DNA of 64,000 nt from Leptogorgia sarmentosa (taxonomy: Eukaryota), in contig OZ210885.1 of the NCBI GenBank assembly GCA_964658305.1, forward strand, positions 21,886,001 through 21,950,000, read 5' to 3'. The notes under the pieces were generated by a model that did not search any database, was not told the DNA's origin, and saw nothing but the letters and a program-made list of their open reading frames with translations. The translations under genes were made by a program, and so were the position numbers. Shown here one piece after another: positions 1 to 11,499 of this stretch. Position 1 is the stretch's first letter. The number at the start of each line of letters is the position of its first letter.

Positions 1-1493
1 AATGTCAATTCCCATTTCGTATGAATGTGCTAAAGGGTCTATAGCCTGTAAAACTTCTGACTGTATTTCTTCACCATTTTCTATGTCTGCAGGATGAACA
101 ATAACATTATTGTCACTTTCTTCGAATGGGTTAGGCCCATTTGGATCATACCCATAAAATTCTGCATTATCAGGAAGTGGTTCTGGTTGTCCAGTTAGCA
201 ATGGGTTATTGGGATTTAATATGCCATTTACCCACACTTGGTATGGAGACGAATTTTGTGGTGGTTAAAAGCTTCCATAAACTCCTGGAGGGCTACATTG
301 ATTCTAGGCAGAAAAACCATGTGCAATGCAAACATTTGAAGTGGATTTGTAGTATTGAGGATTCCAGAATCTTCCATTGCATAAAATACATAATAGAAGT
401 AGTGGCTAACAACACGAAACACATGCCAAAGTCGTTCAATTCGCTGATTGTGTGTTGATGGCCCGGCAATAAAACTGGCTCTACCTTCACCTTGTTTCTC
501 AACCATTGCTTCACATACGAGTACATTTTCTACACCTTGATCAACCCGAATACGGGATGGCCATAGTCCTCCATCTTTCTCAATAGCATCGAGGAACAAG
601 GCTAACACTGTGCTAGAGAGATTGTTTGAGCTACAGTAAAGATAAATTATTCTCCTTGAGAAGCCATCAATGCAGCCATGTATGACTAAGCCCCATCTAA
701 TTAACGAATGGTGTCCATCAAGATGCCACAGGGAGTTAGGCCATGGAACTTGATACCTTCTTCGATAAACAGCAGCTCCCCATCTCAATGCGGAATTTGC
801 TGGGTCAATTCTGGCTATACTATCACGAACTCTTGTTCTCTGCACATGTATACCAAGAGAATAAAGATATCCCATTATCAACACCTGCCCAGTTGTTCTC
901 CCATGACGACTTGCATAATCTCCAATTATTCGATCTAATTCTGCATCGGGTAAATCAGTAAATTCACTTAAATGTTGCAAATTGAATTGATGTATTCGTC
1001 TGTAAATTGTCCATCTGGACACACCACAAATCTTCGCAATTCTTTCTTTAGAAAAGCCTAAACACAAAAGATCTTCTAACATTTCAGGTTGTATGTTAAA
1101 TGCAGGTCTTCCCGGTCTCCCAGTGCTCTCGGCATTGCATTTCTGCGTAGTCAGCGTTGTCGGCCTACGAGCAAGTTCCGACATATGTCTATGTAAACTT
1201 TGTAATATTAGTTCAAAGCAGCTTTCAACTGTGTGCCATTCTTGCTTGTCAACCTCATCAACCTCTTGGATTATCAATCGCAAAAGGCTTATGGTTCGAT
1301 CAAGTACAACCAGACATGTCTGCATTTCATTAATATTTGTACTGCCTGGGCTGATCATACTCTCTGCACGGTCAACAACTGAATTTAAAAACAAAGGTAA
1401 TTCTTCTTCGATGTCAAAATTATCAATCTCTACTTCAAAATCTTCATTTTCATGGACAGGCATTTCAATCGGTATTTCAGTCAAAGCCGCCAT
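1..1493 (-). pseudogene. IS3EU-type (IS3/IS481-like integrase-core) DDE transposase, disrupted near the C-terminus
   Basis: ORF 228-1742(-). Likely start is MAALTEIP at 1493, because the upstream residues are translated tandem repeat. It has an HTH (IAKICGVSRWTIYRR) and an rve-like core (LWHLDGHHSLIRW..GCIDGFSR..SRIRVDQGVEN..STHNQRIERLW). Family-like C-terminal motifs (YGSNGPNP, IDPLAHSYEMGIDI) continue past the stop at 228 to the window edge. Confidence 0.8.
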
Positions 1494-1552
1494 ATTTGAT
1501 GCGTCTGAAAATAGTGACCTGATGGGGAGTAGGGAGGAAAGAGTGAGAATTT

Positions 1553-1812
1553 TAATTCGTTGAATTTTTTCTGTTGAATATTTTTGTTGAACATTGAATG
1601 TTTTTGTTGAACGTTGAATGTTTTTGTTGAACGTTGAATATTTTTGTTGAACGTTGAATATTTTTGTTGAACGTTGAATATTTTTGTTGAACGTTGAATA
1701 TTTTTGTTGAACGTTGAATTTTTTGGTTGAATGCTCGTCCATGAAGGTTGAAATGTGGGTTGAATAACAAAATATATAACTGGTTGAATATTGCTACAAA
1801 CGGCTTGCCATA
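1553..1812 (-). repeat. Terminal region of the IS3EU-like element: 21-bp tandem subterminal repeats, with the terminus TATGG at 1812
   Basis: About 8 copies of ttgaatatttttgttgaacg-type units at 1553-1732. The sequence ends ...cggcttgccata at 1812 (TATGGCAAGCCG on the - strand), exactly where MULE coding sequence begins. Confidence 0.65.
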
Positions 1813-1813
1813 A

Positions 1814-2430
1814 ATAGCCCTTGTCATTGATTTTGAGTGTGCATTATGGCAAGCAGTGGCAAACGTTTTCCCAAATGCATCAATTTAAGGCTGCGTTTTC
1901 CACTGGACTCAAGCAATTTGGCGGAAAGTTCAAGGGTTGGGCTTGTCGACAGCGTACCATGAGGATGATGCAACCCACAAGTACATAAAGCGGTTAACGG
2001 CGTTGCCATTTTTACCTCATGAACACATTGCTCAGATGTTTGAACAACTAGCAGCATTGGCAACTTCACCTGTTTTGCAAGCACTTGTAAATTACATCAA
2101 CGACACATGGATCAATTCCGCAGTTTGGTCTCCAGAGAATTGGAGTATCTTCAGGAAAAGCGTCAGAACCAACAATGATGTTGAAGGTTGGCATCAACGT
2201 TTGAATCACAACGCAAGACGTGCAACTCTGCCCTTATACCTACTCATTGATCTCTTGTACCAGGAATCTTGTCTTGTATCTGTGCAGGTGCGTCTACTTT
2301 CAGATAACAAACTGAAACGTCAACAACGACGCAAGTACAAGAACTTACAAGGGAGAATCTTATTGCTGGTGAAATGACCAGCAAACAATTACTGCATGCA
2401 TGTGCACATGTAAATGGTCCAAGTTGATAA
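1814..2430 (+). pseudogene. MULE/Mutator transposase C-terminal remnant
   Basis: Reads VIDFECALWQAVANVFPNASI*GCVFHWTQAIWR..ALPFLP..WSPENWSIF..RTNNDVEGWHQRLN, containing the second D, CxxH and catalytic E motifs. In-frame stop at 1886-1888. Truncated 5' by the IS3EU end. Confidence 0.85.
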
Positions 2431-3625
2431 TTATATACTATTGTTTGAATATACTGTTGGGCGAATATCGGCCTTAGGAGTTTCAATTCATTCTAATCAT
2501 TCTAAGTATAGGATAAACAATGACGGTCTAACTAATTCTCAGGAGTCTGTAATTCAACTGAACACAAGTGATCATTGTCTATCCTACTTAGAATAAGGTC
2601 AAAGCCACGAGGAATGTCTATTGTTCTCTTGATTTATACCCTCATTAGTGTACTCTATATAGAGCATGCTATAATCAGTGTATAAGACAAAAGAAAACAA
2701 TACCCTTGTTGTAAATTGCCTCCAGACGTTTAGGTTTACAACAATCTCAGTTTAAAAGGTTTTATTTCGCTCAAAATACTAACATTAAAATCACAAATCG
2801 CAGTCTAAGTCACCGTAAAACGTGCTCACTCTCACACACACAGCTTCCCCAAAAAACATGTGTTCATTTCACCGGAAGTGTTCACGCATGCTGACACTTC
2901 CGGGTTCTAAACGTTCGATCTCCAACACCCTCATAACTCGACATAAGTATGCTCTATATACAGGGTGTATAAAAAAATGCAACCACTTATGTAATGTTCT
3001 AAAATATGCACTGAAATACTTGATGCTGATTGGCCGAGTGGCTTTGACCATATTCTAAGGAAGATTAGAAAACTTGATTGTAAATACAAGATCGATATTT
3101 AGTTTGCTCTATATTGTCCAGTAAATACTTGTAAATAATTATTTATTTTTATATTAAATTATTGCTGCCAATTTTCATATTCTTAAGGTGCTCATTACTT
3201 TAAATATATACTGTTTAAACTAGTTTTAAAACAGTCGCCAACCAGTTAAATATTTTTTTTAGAAATTTTTTCCAATGCCAATTTGCAAGGCAAATTTTAT
3301 TATCACCTCTGTAATTATAGGGGAATATTCCCAGTAACCTCGCCTTTGGCGAATAATTGTTAAATATCAAATTACGAGTGGATATTGAAAAAACAAGAAA
3401 TTGTGTGGACATTATTATTTTCTATTAGATTGCGAATCTTATAAGCAAAATGCACTGTGTATATCAATATTATTGCTCTTGAATATTACTGAATTTCAAC
3501 AGTGCAGCACTTCCTTCGTTTCCTGCAATATTAACCCCTATTTATGAAATTATAAAAATTATTGCCTTTTACCTTTTGAGAAATTGCTCTTATTAAAAGA
3601 TTTCGGTTTAAGTTGGTTTTGATAT

Positions 3626-3690
3626 TGGGCCGAGTTGGTTGGGCCGAGTTGGTTAGTGGGCCGAGTTGGTTAGTGGGCCGAGTTGACGGT
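3626..3690. repeat. Short tandem repeat (gggccgagttggttagt-like) x4, probably subterminal repeats of a non-autonomous DNA transposon
   Basis: Directly visible; the gggccgagttg core occurs 4 times. Confidence 0.6.
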
Positions 3691-3810
3691 AATTCGATTT
3701 TGAACACGAATATCGTCCAGGAATTTTTAACTAAAATACAAGTGCAATATATCAAAATCTAAGTTAGTCTTCCCTCTATCTACTGTGAGTTGTTTTTGTT
3801 TCATAGCTTC

Positions 3811-4451
3811 ACTCGTTCAAAAGTTGTTATGAGTCAAACCGGAGTACTTTTTTTTGGGACACCCGGTATATATATACGTATATATATACGGTTATTAAAA
3901 GTATAAATTTGGACACTTACTAAATTTCAGTATTAGACACTTACTTAATGTCGGGCCTGTAGCATATAAGGTGTAAACTACTAATTGTATATATCAAACA
4001 AGAAGAGACTTTGAATCCGAAAGGTTTCGTAGTCATTATTACCTAAACCTTCTCGAAACTATTTTGGGAATTTAGGCAGGTTAGAACATGAAGAATTTGT
4101 TAAATCTGCTCAAGAAATAGTATACTTTAACTCGTTCAAAAGTTGTTATGAATCAAACCGGAGTACTTTTTTTTGGGACACCCAGTATAAATATACGTAT
4201 ATATATACGGTTATTAAAAGTATAAATTTGGACACTTACTAAATTTCAGTATTAGACACTTACTAAATGTCGGGCCTGTAGCATATAAGGTGTAAACTAC
4301 TAATTGTATATATCAAACAAGAAGAGACTTTGAATCCGAAAGGTTTCGTATTCATTATTACCTAAACCTTCTCGAAACTATTTTGGGAATTTAGGCAGGT
4401 TAGAACATGAAGAATTTGCTAAATCTGCTCAAGAAATAGTATACTTTAACT
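3811..4451. repeat. Tandem duplication of about 320 bp x2, including a mariner-like end (gggacaccc.gta)
   Basis: actcgttcaaaagttgttatga... starts at 3811 and again at about 4130. The copies are nearly identical through aaatagtatactttaact. Confidence 0.9.
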
Positions 4452-4598
4452 GTTAAAACTTTTAAATGATGGTAAATAGTAACCGTGCAACATGTGGTCT
4501 TTATCAGCAGATTAAGAATGGGCGATGAATGTTGTGACGAATGTCGTGATGAATGTTGTGATGAATGTTGTGACAGCTTCACAGTGGTCTTGAAATAT

Positions 4599-5123
4599 AA
4601 CATGCACATTCCTCGGAAACGCATCATATTACATCAATGTTTAAAGTGAAAAAACGCATTGATATCATTCGGTCCCCAGGCGAAGCTATACATTGTTTGT
4701 AATATCAGTGTTTTCTGAATATGTTAAAATAAAATTCTATAGAATAGGTAATGAAAAAAAAAGATCTTGATGTTGACACACATTGCTGTGCGAGTTGAAG
4801 ACTACTCTCATATCACACCTTTACTTTGAAATGTCAAAACACAGCAGTGTATAAAAATATTAAAGGCAAGCAATACATTGTTGGAATCATCATTGGAATA
4901 TGTATAATATATTGTAAAATGAACAATCTATGCCTAGCATGAAGCGAGAAAAAGAATTGAAATTTAACATGCACATTCCTCAGAAACGCATCATATTACA
5001 CCAATGTTCAAAGTAAAAAAACGCATTGATATCATTCGGTCCCCAGGCCAAGGTATACATTGTTTGAAATATCAGTGTTTTCTGAATAACATGTGAAAAT
5101 AAAAAATTTCTATAGAATACGTA
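4599..5123. repeat. Direct repeat of about 155 bp (4599-4750 and 4966-5123)
   Basis: aacatgcacattcctc.gaaacgcatcatattaca...ttctatagaata.gta is present twice. The second copy stops at the Academ-type TIR at 5124. Confidence 0.85.
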
Positions 5124-5141
5124 TAGCCTCCTCCGCAGGCA
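5124..5141 (+). mobile_element. Lone left terminus of a second AcademH-like element
   Basis: tagcctcctccgcaggca is identical to the first 18 bp of the TIR at 51236 and 62111. Confidence 0.7.
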
Positions 5142-5706
5142 TCTCTTGTCTTTGATCTCTATGTACTAACTGTAGTGGGGGTGGGGGAAAAATTCAGAGA
5201 GATGCCTCCCATAAATCGACACAATAACTTGCACTGCTGATACCGGCTCACACATAAAAAATCGTTGCTGTGGGGGGACAAAAAGGCAACATTGAAGTAA
5301 TTTGTTGGCTTTGTCATTTGATATACTTTCTCTTTCGGAGAGGGGAGAGGCTATTTTGTTATCAAAATGGCTAATGTGAAAGCTGAAAGAGAGAAAAATA
5401 TAATTGAGAAAATATAGAATCCCCCTTCGTTTGATCCATTAAATGCACACGGTTTTCACGCTAGTTGTGAAGAAGAAGGCCTAAATGTCTCAGTCCAAGA
5501 AAATTGTTCACGAGAGGAAGTAATTAAAATCGGATTACTGTTCGTTGAGTTGAGCGCTTTACAGAATATGTCGAAGTCAAAAAATGTTGTTATCGACTCC
5601 AAATTGCAACTTAAGGTTACATCACACCATGGAGCAGTACTTTGAGAAAATTTGCCATTGCGTGCTCAGGTTTTCAAGAATTTGTCTGAAATTTTCCACG
5701 GATATA

Positions 5707-5949
5707 CAGGGGGTGGACAAAAAATTGGCCCCCAGAATAATTCGGTTTATAAGCGGCAAGCTCCACAACCTTGCAGATTTAAAGAGGATTTAAATTTTGA
5801 GATTTAAATTTGCTTAGGTTGAAAGATTTATAAATTTGCTTAGGTCGTACTCAAACCAAACGGGGTTCTGCATTCCCGATTACTTGAGAGAGATGTTTTT
5901 CAGTAAAAACCGAATTGTTCTGGGGCCACTTTTTTTTGTCCACCCCCTG
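5707..5949. mobile_element. Tc1/mariner-type MITE
   Basis: TIRs cagggggtggacaaaaaa... and ...ttttttgtccaccccctg, with imperfect pairing for about 45 bp. Flanked by TA on both sides. Confidence 0.85.
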
Positions 5950-6747
5950 TAGATAAATGTTTCGAGAAACTACAATCGTTACCGCAGATAAGTACGCTTT
6001 AACAAAAAGCCACACTAAATATAAATATACACACTATTCTCAATGCTCGTAATGATATGCGAACAACAAATTAAGGACAAACAAAGGTATTATCAAGCAT
6101 AATGGCATAGATTATGCGCATGAATGGGTAACAAAGCTATAAAAGGTGGAACACGCCATAAACTCGGCTCTTGTTCAGTTACACCGTTGAGAAGCAAGTG
6201 GCGATCTTTTGTTGCAAGGGAACACGACTCACCCGAATTCTATCATGGCCGAAGAACACGTTCAGTTTCCCGAGGAACCTCTTCAAGAACCGATGGACGC
6301 TCACGTCGGACAAGCCGACCCCACGCCGCCAGTGGCAAATCCAAACGCCCAGTGCCAAACGACAATGAGTTGACGGAACTGCAATATTTAAAGTAATTAC
6401 AATCCTTATTCCCTCTTGTCATTTCAGACATTTGTGATTTTACTGCCTCACATCGGCCCCGGCTGAGCCGTCGTTACGCTCGTCAATTTTCTCGTTCGCT
6501 GGATTGTCGATCTGCTGATCACGGTTCTACCGGCAGGTTTTCATGCTGTTCATTGTATTTGTCTTGGACAATTTCGTTGTTTCAGCATGGCCTGTCCCGC
6601 TGATTCGGGTGAAGTTCTGCATGATTACCCCGCGATTAGTTGCTTTTGTGCTCACTCATACAGTGTTGGTGATTTGCTCGTCAGGCCGAGAAAACATGAT
6701 GTATATCCATAATTATTCGTTATGAACGCGCCTACTTTGTGTGATAT

Positions 6748-9700
6748 GGGCGAGATTTCGCCAGTGGTGAGGTCACCGTGCTTAATATCGGCGGGCTTTC
6801 GTCAGAAATGAGATTACAGTGTGGGCGAGATTTTGCCAGAGATGACGTGCTGTAGCTAAATTCAGCGGAATTTGGCCCGAGCTGATACAGTCGTTCACTA
6901 TGCGCGAGATTTCGCGAGCGACGAGTTAGATGTTATATGGGCGAGATTTCGCCACACAGCAATTACAGTGGTTGACGTGGGCGAGGTTTCGCCAGGCACG
7001 AGTTTGCCGTCGTCAATAGGCACGAGATTTCGCGAGCGACCAGCTTGTAGATGCTGTGGGGGCGAGATTTCGCCACACAGCAATTACAGTGGTTGACGTG
7101 GGCGAGGTTTCGCCAGGCACCAGTTTACAGTCGTCAATAGGCGCGAGATTTCGCGAGCGACCAGCTTCTAGATGCTGTGGGGGCAAGATTTCGCCACACA
7201 GCAATTACAGTGGTTGACGTGGGCGAGGTTTCGCCAGGCACAAGTTTTGCCGTCGTCAATAGGCGCGAGATTTCGCGAGCGACCAGCTTCTAGATGCTGT
7301 GGGGGCGAGATTTCGCCACACAGCAATTACAGTGGTTGACGTGGGCGAGGTTTCACCAGGGACGAGTTTATAGAGGTTATATGGGCGAGCGTTCGCCAGA
7401 GCGATATTGCGGTGGTTTCTTCTACACAGGAACCTGAAGGTGGGGTCCACTCGGTCTTTTCCTGCGGGTCCGGGGATATGAGCGCTTTGAAACAGGGTAT
7501 CTCAGCCAGCCCTCCCTGCGTTCGCGGGGTCTTGGTGATCATGTCCTTGCCGACCTTTTCGGGGTCAGATCTAGGGGCTTCGTTTGTTTGTTGTCAAGAC
7601 GGGTAACTACCGCTACCGTAAGTGTCCGATTTGAAGAACAACTCGAGGAATCGGTGGCGCAGATGCCTGTCATGCAATGGGTTAATTCTTCCGGCAACCC
7701 CGTGTTGGTCGGTAAGGATATGACGCCCAATCAGGATCTTGTTGCACACGTTTCCCAGGTAGCAAAAGGCCTGGCGTTGGGAGATGTCAATACTCTGACC
7801 TTATGGGAGGTTTCGCCAGGCACGAGTTTGCTGTCGTCAGTAGGCGCGAGATTTCGCGAGCGACCAGCTTATAGATGCTGTGGGGGCAAGATTTCGCCAC
7901 ACAGCAATTACAATGGTTGACGTGGGCGAGATTTCGCCAGGCACGAGTATACAGTCGTCAATAGGCGCGAGATTTCACGAGCGACCAGCTTATAGATGCT
8001 GTGGGGGCGAGATTTCGCCACACAGCAATTACAGTGGTTGACGTGGGCGAGATTTCGCCAGGCACGAGTATACAGTCGTCAACAGGCGCAAGATTTCGCG
8101 AGCGACCAGCTTATAGATGCTGTGGGGGCGAGATTTCGCCACACAGCAATTACAGTGGTTGACGTGGGCGAGGTTTCGCCAGGCACGAGTTTGCCGTCGT
8201 CAATAGGCGCGAGATTTCGCGAGCGACCAGCTTATAGATGCTGTGGGGGCGAGATTTCGCCACACAGCAATTACAGTGGTTGACGTGGGCGAGATTTCAC
8301 CAGGCACAAGTATACAGTCGTCAATAGGCGCGAGATTTCGCGAGCGACCAGCTTATAGATGCTGTGGGGGCAAGATTTTGCCACACAGCAATTACAGTGG
8401 TTGACGTGGGCGAGATTTCGCCAGGCACAAGTATACAGTCGTCAACAGGAGCGAGATTTCGCGAGCGACCAGCTTATAGATGCTGTGGGGGCGAGATTTC
8501 GCCACACAGCAATTACAGTGGTTGGCTTGGGCGAGGTTTCGCCAGGCACGAGTTTCCAGTCGTTAATAGGCGCGACATTTCGCGAGCGACCAGCTTATAG
8601 ATGCTGTGGGGGGCGAGATTTCGCCACAAAGCAATTACAGTGGTTGATTTGGGTGAGGTTTCGCCAGGCACCAGTTTACAGTCGTCAATTATAGGGTCTA
8701 GATTTCGTGAGCGACGAGTTTATAGATGCCATAAGGGCGAGATTTCGCCAGCGAACCATTACAGTGGTTGATGTGGGCGAGGTTTCGTCAGGGACAAGTT
8801 TATAGAGGTTATATGGGCGAGCGTTCGCCAGAGCGATATTGCGGTGGTTTCTTCTACACAGGAACCTGAAGGTGGGGTCCACTCGGTCTTTTCCTGCGGG
8901 TCCGGGGATATGAGTGCTTTGAAACAGGGTATCTCAGCCAGCCCTCCCTGCGTTCGCGGGGTCTTGGCGATCATGTCCTTGCCGACCTTTTCGGGGTCAG
9001 ATCTAGGGGCTTCGTTTGTTTGTTGTCGGGACGGGTAACTACCGCTACCGTAAGTGTCCGATTTGAAGAACAACTCAAGGAATCGGTGGCGCAGATGCCT
9101 GTCATGCAATGGGTTAATTCTTCCGGCAACCCCGTGTTGGTCGGTAAGGATATGACGCCCAATCAGGATCTTGTTGCACACGTTTCCCAGGTAACAAAAG
9201 GCCTGGCGTTGGGAGATGTCAATACTCTGACCTTACGGGAGGTTTCGCCAGGCACAAGTTTGCCGTCGTCAATAGGCGCGAGATTTCGCGAGCGACCAGC
9301 TTATAGATGCTGTGGGGGCGAGATTTCGCCACACAGCAATTACAGTGGTTGACGTGGGCGAGATTTCGCCAGGCACGAGTATACAGTCGTCAACAGGCGC
9401 GAGATTTCGCGAGCGACCAGCTTATAGATGCTGTGGGGGCGAGATTTCGCCACACAGCAATTACAGTGGTTGACGTGGGCGAGATTTCGGCAGGCACAAG
9501 TATACAGTCGTCAACAGGCGCGAGATTTCGCGAGCGACCAGCTTATAGATGCTGTGGGGGCGAGATTTCGCCACACAGCAATTACAGTGGTTGGCTTGGG
9601 CGAGGTTTCGCCAGGCACGAGTTTCCAGTCGTTAATAGGGGCGACATTTCGCGAGCGACCAGCTTATATATGCTGTGGGGGCGAGATTTCGCCACACAGC

Positions 9701-10425
9701 GATTACAGTGGTTGATGTGGGCGAGGTTTCGCCAGCCACGAGTTTACAGTCGTCAATAGGCGCGAGATTTCGCCAGCGACCAGCTTATAGATGCTGTGGG
9801 GGGCGAGATTTCGCCACAAAGCAATTACAGTGGTTGATTTGGGTGAGGTTTCGCCAGGCACCAGTTTACAGTCGTCAATTATAGGGTCTAGATTTCGTGA
9901 GCGACGAGTTTATAGATGCCATAAGGGCGAGATTTCGCCAGCGAACCATTACAGTGGTCGATGTGGGCGAGGTTTCGTCAGGGACGAGTTTATAGAGGTT
10001 ATATGGGCGAGCGTTCGCCAGAGCGATATTGCGGTGGTTTCTTCTACACAGGAACCCGAAGGTGGGGTCCACTCGGTCTTTTCCTGCGGGTCCGGGGATA
10101 TGAGTGCTTTGAAACAGGGTATCTCAGCCAGCCCTCCCTGCGTTCGCGGGGTCTTGGCGATCATGTCCTTGCCGACCTTTTCGGGGTCAGATCTAGGGAC
10201 TTCGTTTGTTTGTTGTCGGGACGGGTACCTACCGCTACCGTAAGTGTCCGATTTGAAGAACAACTCGAGCAACGGTGGCGCAGATGCCTGTCATGCCATG
10301 GGTTAATTCTTCCAGCAACCCCGTGTTGGTCGGTAAAGATATGACGCCCAAGCAGGATCTTGTTGCACACGTTTCCCAGGTAGAAAAAGGCCTGGCGTTG
10401 GGAGATGTCAATACTCTGACTTTAC
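6748..10425. repeat. 121-bp satellite made of about 40-bp ggcgagatttcgcc hairpin subunits, in a higher-order repeat with three copies of a block of about 450 bp
   Basis: Period is 121 bp (e.g. 6977 vs 7098). The unique block recurs at 7412, 8844 and 10034; the spacings of 1432 and 1190 differ by 2x121. Confidence 0.95.
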
Positions 10426-10661
10426 GTGATCCCCGGACGTTCCATGTGGGGGAACTGCATAATCATGTCCAATCGTGGACGGCGATGGCCTCGCGCAATC
10501 CTTTTCCCAATCATGTGGAAGTTTTAACTTGGATTGAACTTAGGGTCTCGGTTTTCCCCTATTTTCAGCATTTTAAAGGAACCTACCAACAAATGTCGTA
10601 TGACTCTGACCGCCCAGCGTTCAGGAGGAAATTTAGTTTGGGGGGTTACGGAATGGGTATT

Positions 10662-10760
10662 GGGTTAAGGAATGAGTATTGGGTTAAGGAATGATGATTG
10701 GGTTAAGGAATGAGGATTGGGTTAAGGAATGAGGATTGGGTTAAGGAATGAGTATTGGGT
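10662..10760. repeat. 19-bp G-rich tandem repeat (gggttaaggaatgag(t/g)att) x about 5
   Basis: Directly visible. Confidence 0.9.
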
Positions 10761-11499
10761 GAATAAGAGTGTATGTTGGGGTTGATTCGATAGGTAGTTG
10801 GGATGAGGATGGGCGTATAGACAAAAAGGATCAGGTTGGACGCTGGCACTGATCAACATTGCCATACCTTAAATAAACTGAGCATGAAGTCGAGCATTGA
10901 GAAATAGTATACTATTCTCAATGCTCGTAATGATATGCGAACAACAAATTAAGGACAAACAAAGGTATTATCAAGCATAATGGCATAGATTATGCGCATG
11001 AATGGGTAACAAAGCTATAAAAGGTGGAAAACGCCATCAACTCGGCTCTTGTTCAGTTACACCATTGAGAAGCAAGTGGCGAGCGACCCACCCACCCACC
11101 CCAGAATTCGGGTGAGTCGTGCGCCGCAACTCCATGCCAAGCTTTCAGCTTTCAAGCTTTCAGCTTGGCGTGGGGCGCTGATCAACATTGCCATACCTTA
11201 AATAAACTGAGCATGAAGTCGAGCATTGAGAAATAGTATACTATTTGCGCAGCGAAAATTAAGTAGCGCCGGTTTTATCCAAAAACCTCGGAAATGCTGT
11301 GTTTCCATTCCTAAGTGATGAAAGAAGAAAAATGTGTTCGCATTTGTTGACAGACATTTTACTTGCTTTGATATAGAACATCAAAGATGATGTAGTGTTT
11401 TTGGCAATACGAGGTTGAGGAAAATGCCTGAAAATAAGGAAGTACTTCATTAAATCGAAAACACAAACACATTTTTGCTGCACAGATATTGTTTAACTG

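Larger units (their letters stand above)
6033..11245 (+). mobile_element. Internally deleted tyrosine-recombinase retrotransposon (DIRS order, PAT/Ngaro-type split direct repeats)
   Basis: Layout A1 (6033-6204) ... B1 (10849-10910) - A2 (10911-11082) ... B2 (11178-11239). A 6-bp actatt core is shared at both ends and at the B1/A2 junction. ORF piece LRDPRTFHVGELHNH..VLTWIE..VSVFPYFQHFKG..YDSDRP resembles the region N-terminal to DIRS-type RT. RT core, RNase H and YR are missing. Confidence 0.8.

Noticed and set aside
1494..1827. Repetitive N-terminal extension of the IS3EU ORF and ORF 1552-1827
   Set aside because: Read-through of 21-bp subterminal DNA repeats.
2960..3866. Single mariner MITE from ta-cagggtgt (2960) to acacccgg-ta (3866)
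   Set aside because: The ends match over only a few bases; they are more likely ends of different elements.
6748..10030. CRISPR array (palindromic repeats with spacers)
   Set aside because: The repeats are only about 14 nt, most spacers are themselves repeated, there are no cas genes, and the array lies inside a eukaryotic retroelement.
6872..10370. Many ARFRQ/GEISP-repeat ORFs on both strands
   Set aside because: These are translations of a 121-bp satellite whose period is not a multiple of 3.
10662..10760. Interstitial telomere
   Set aside because: The unit is 19 bp with one GGGTTA per unit, not (TTAGGG)n.
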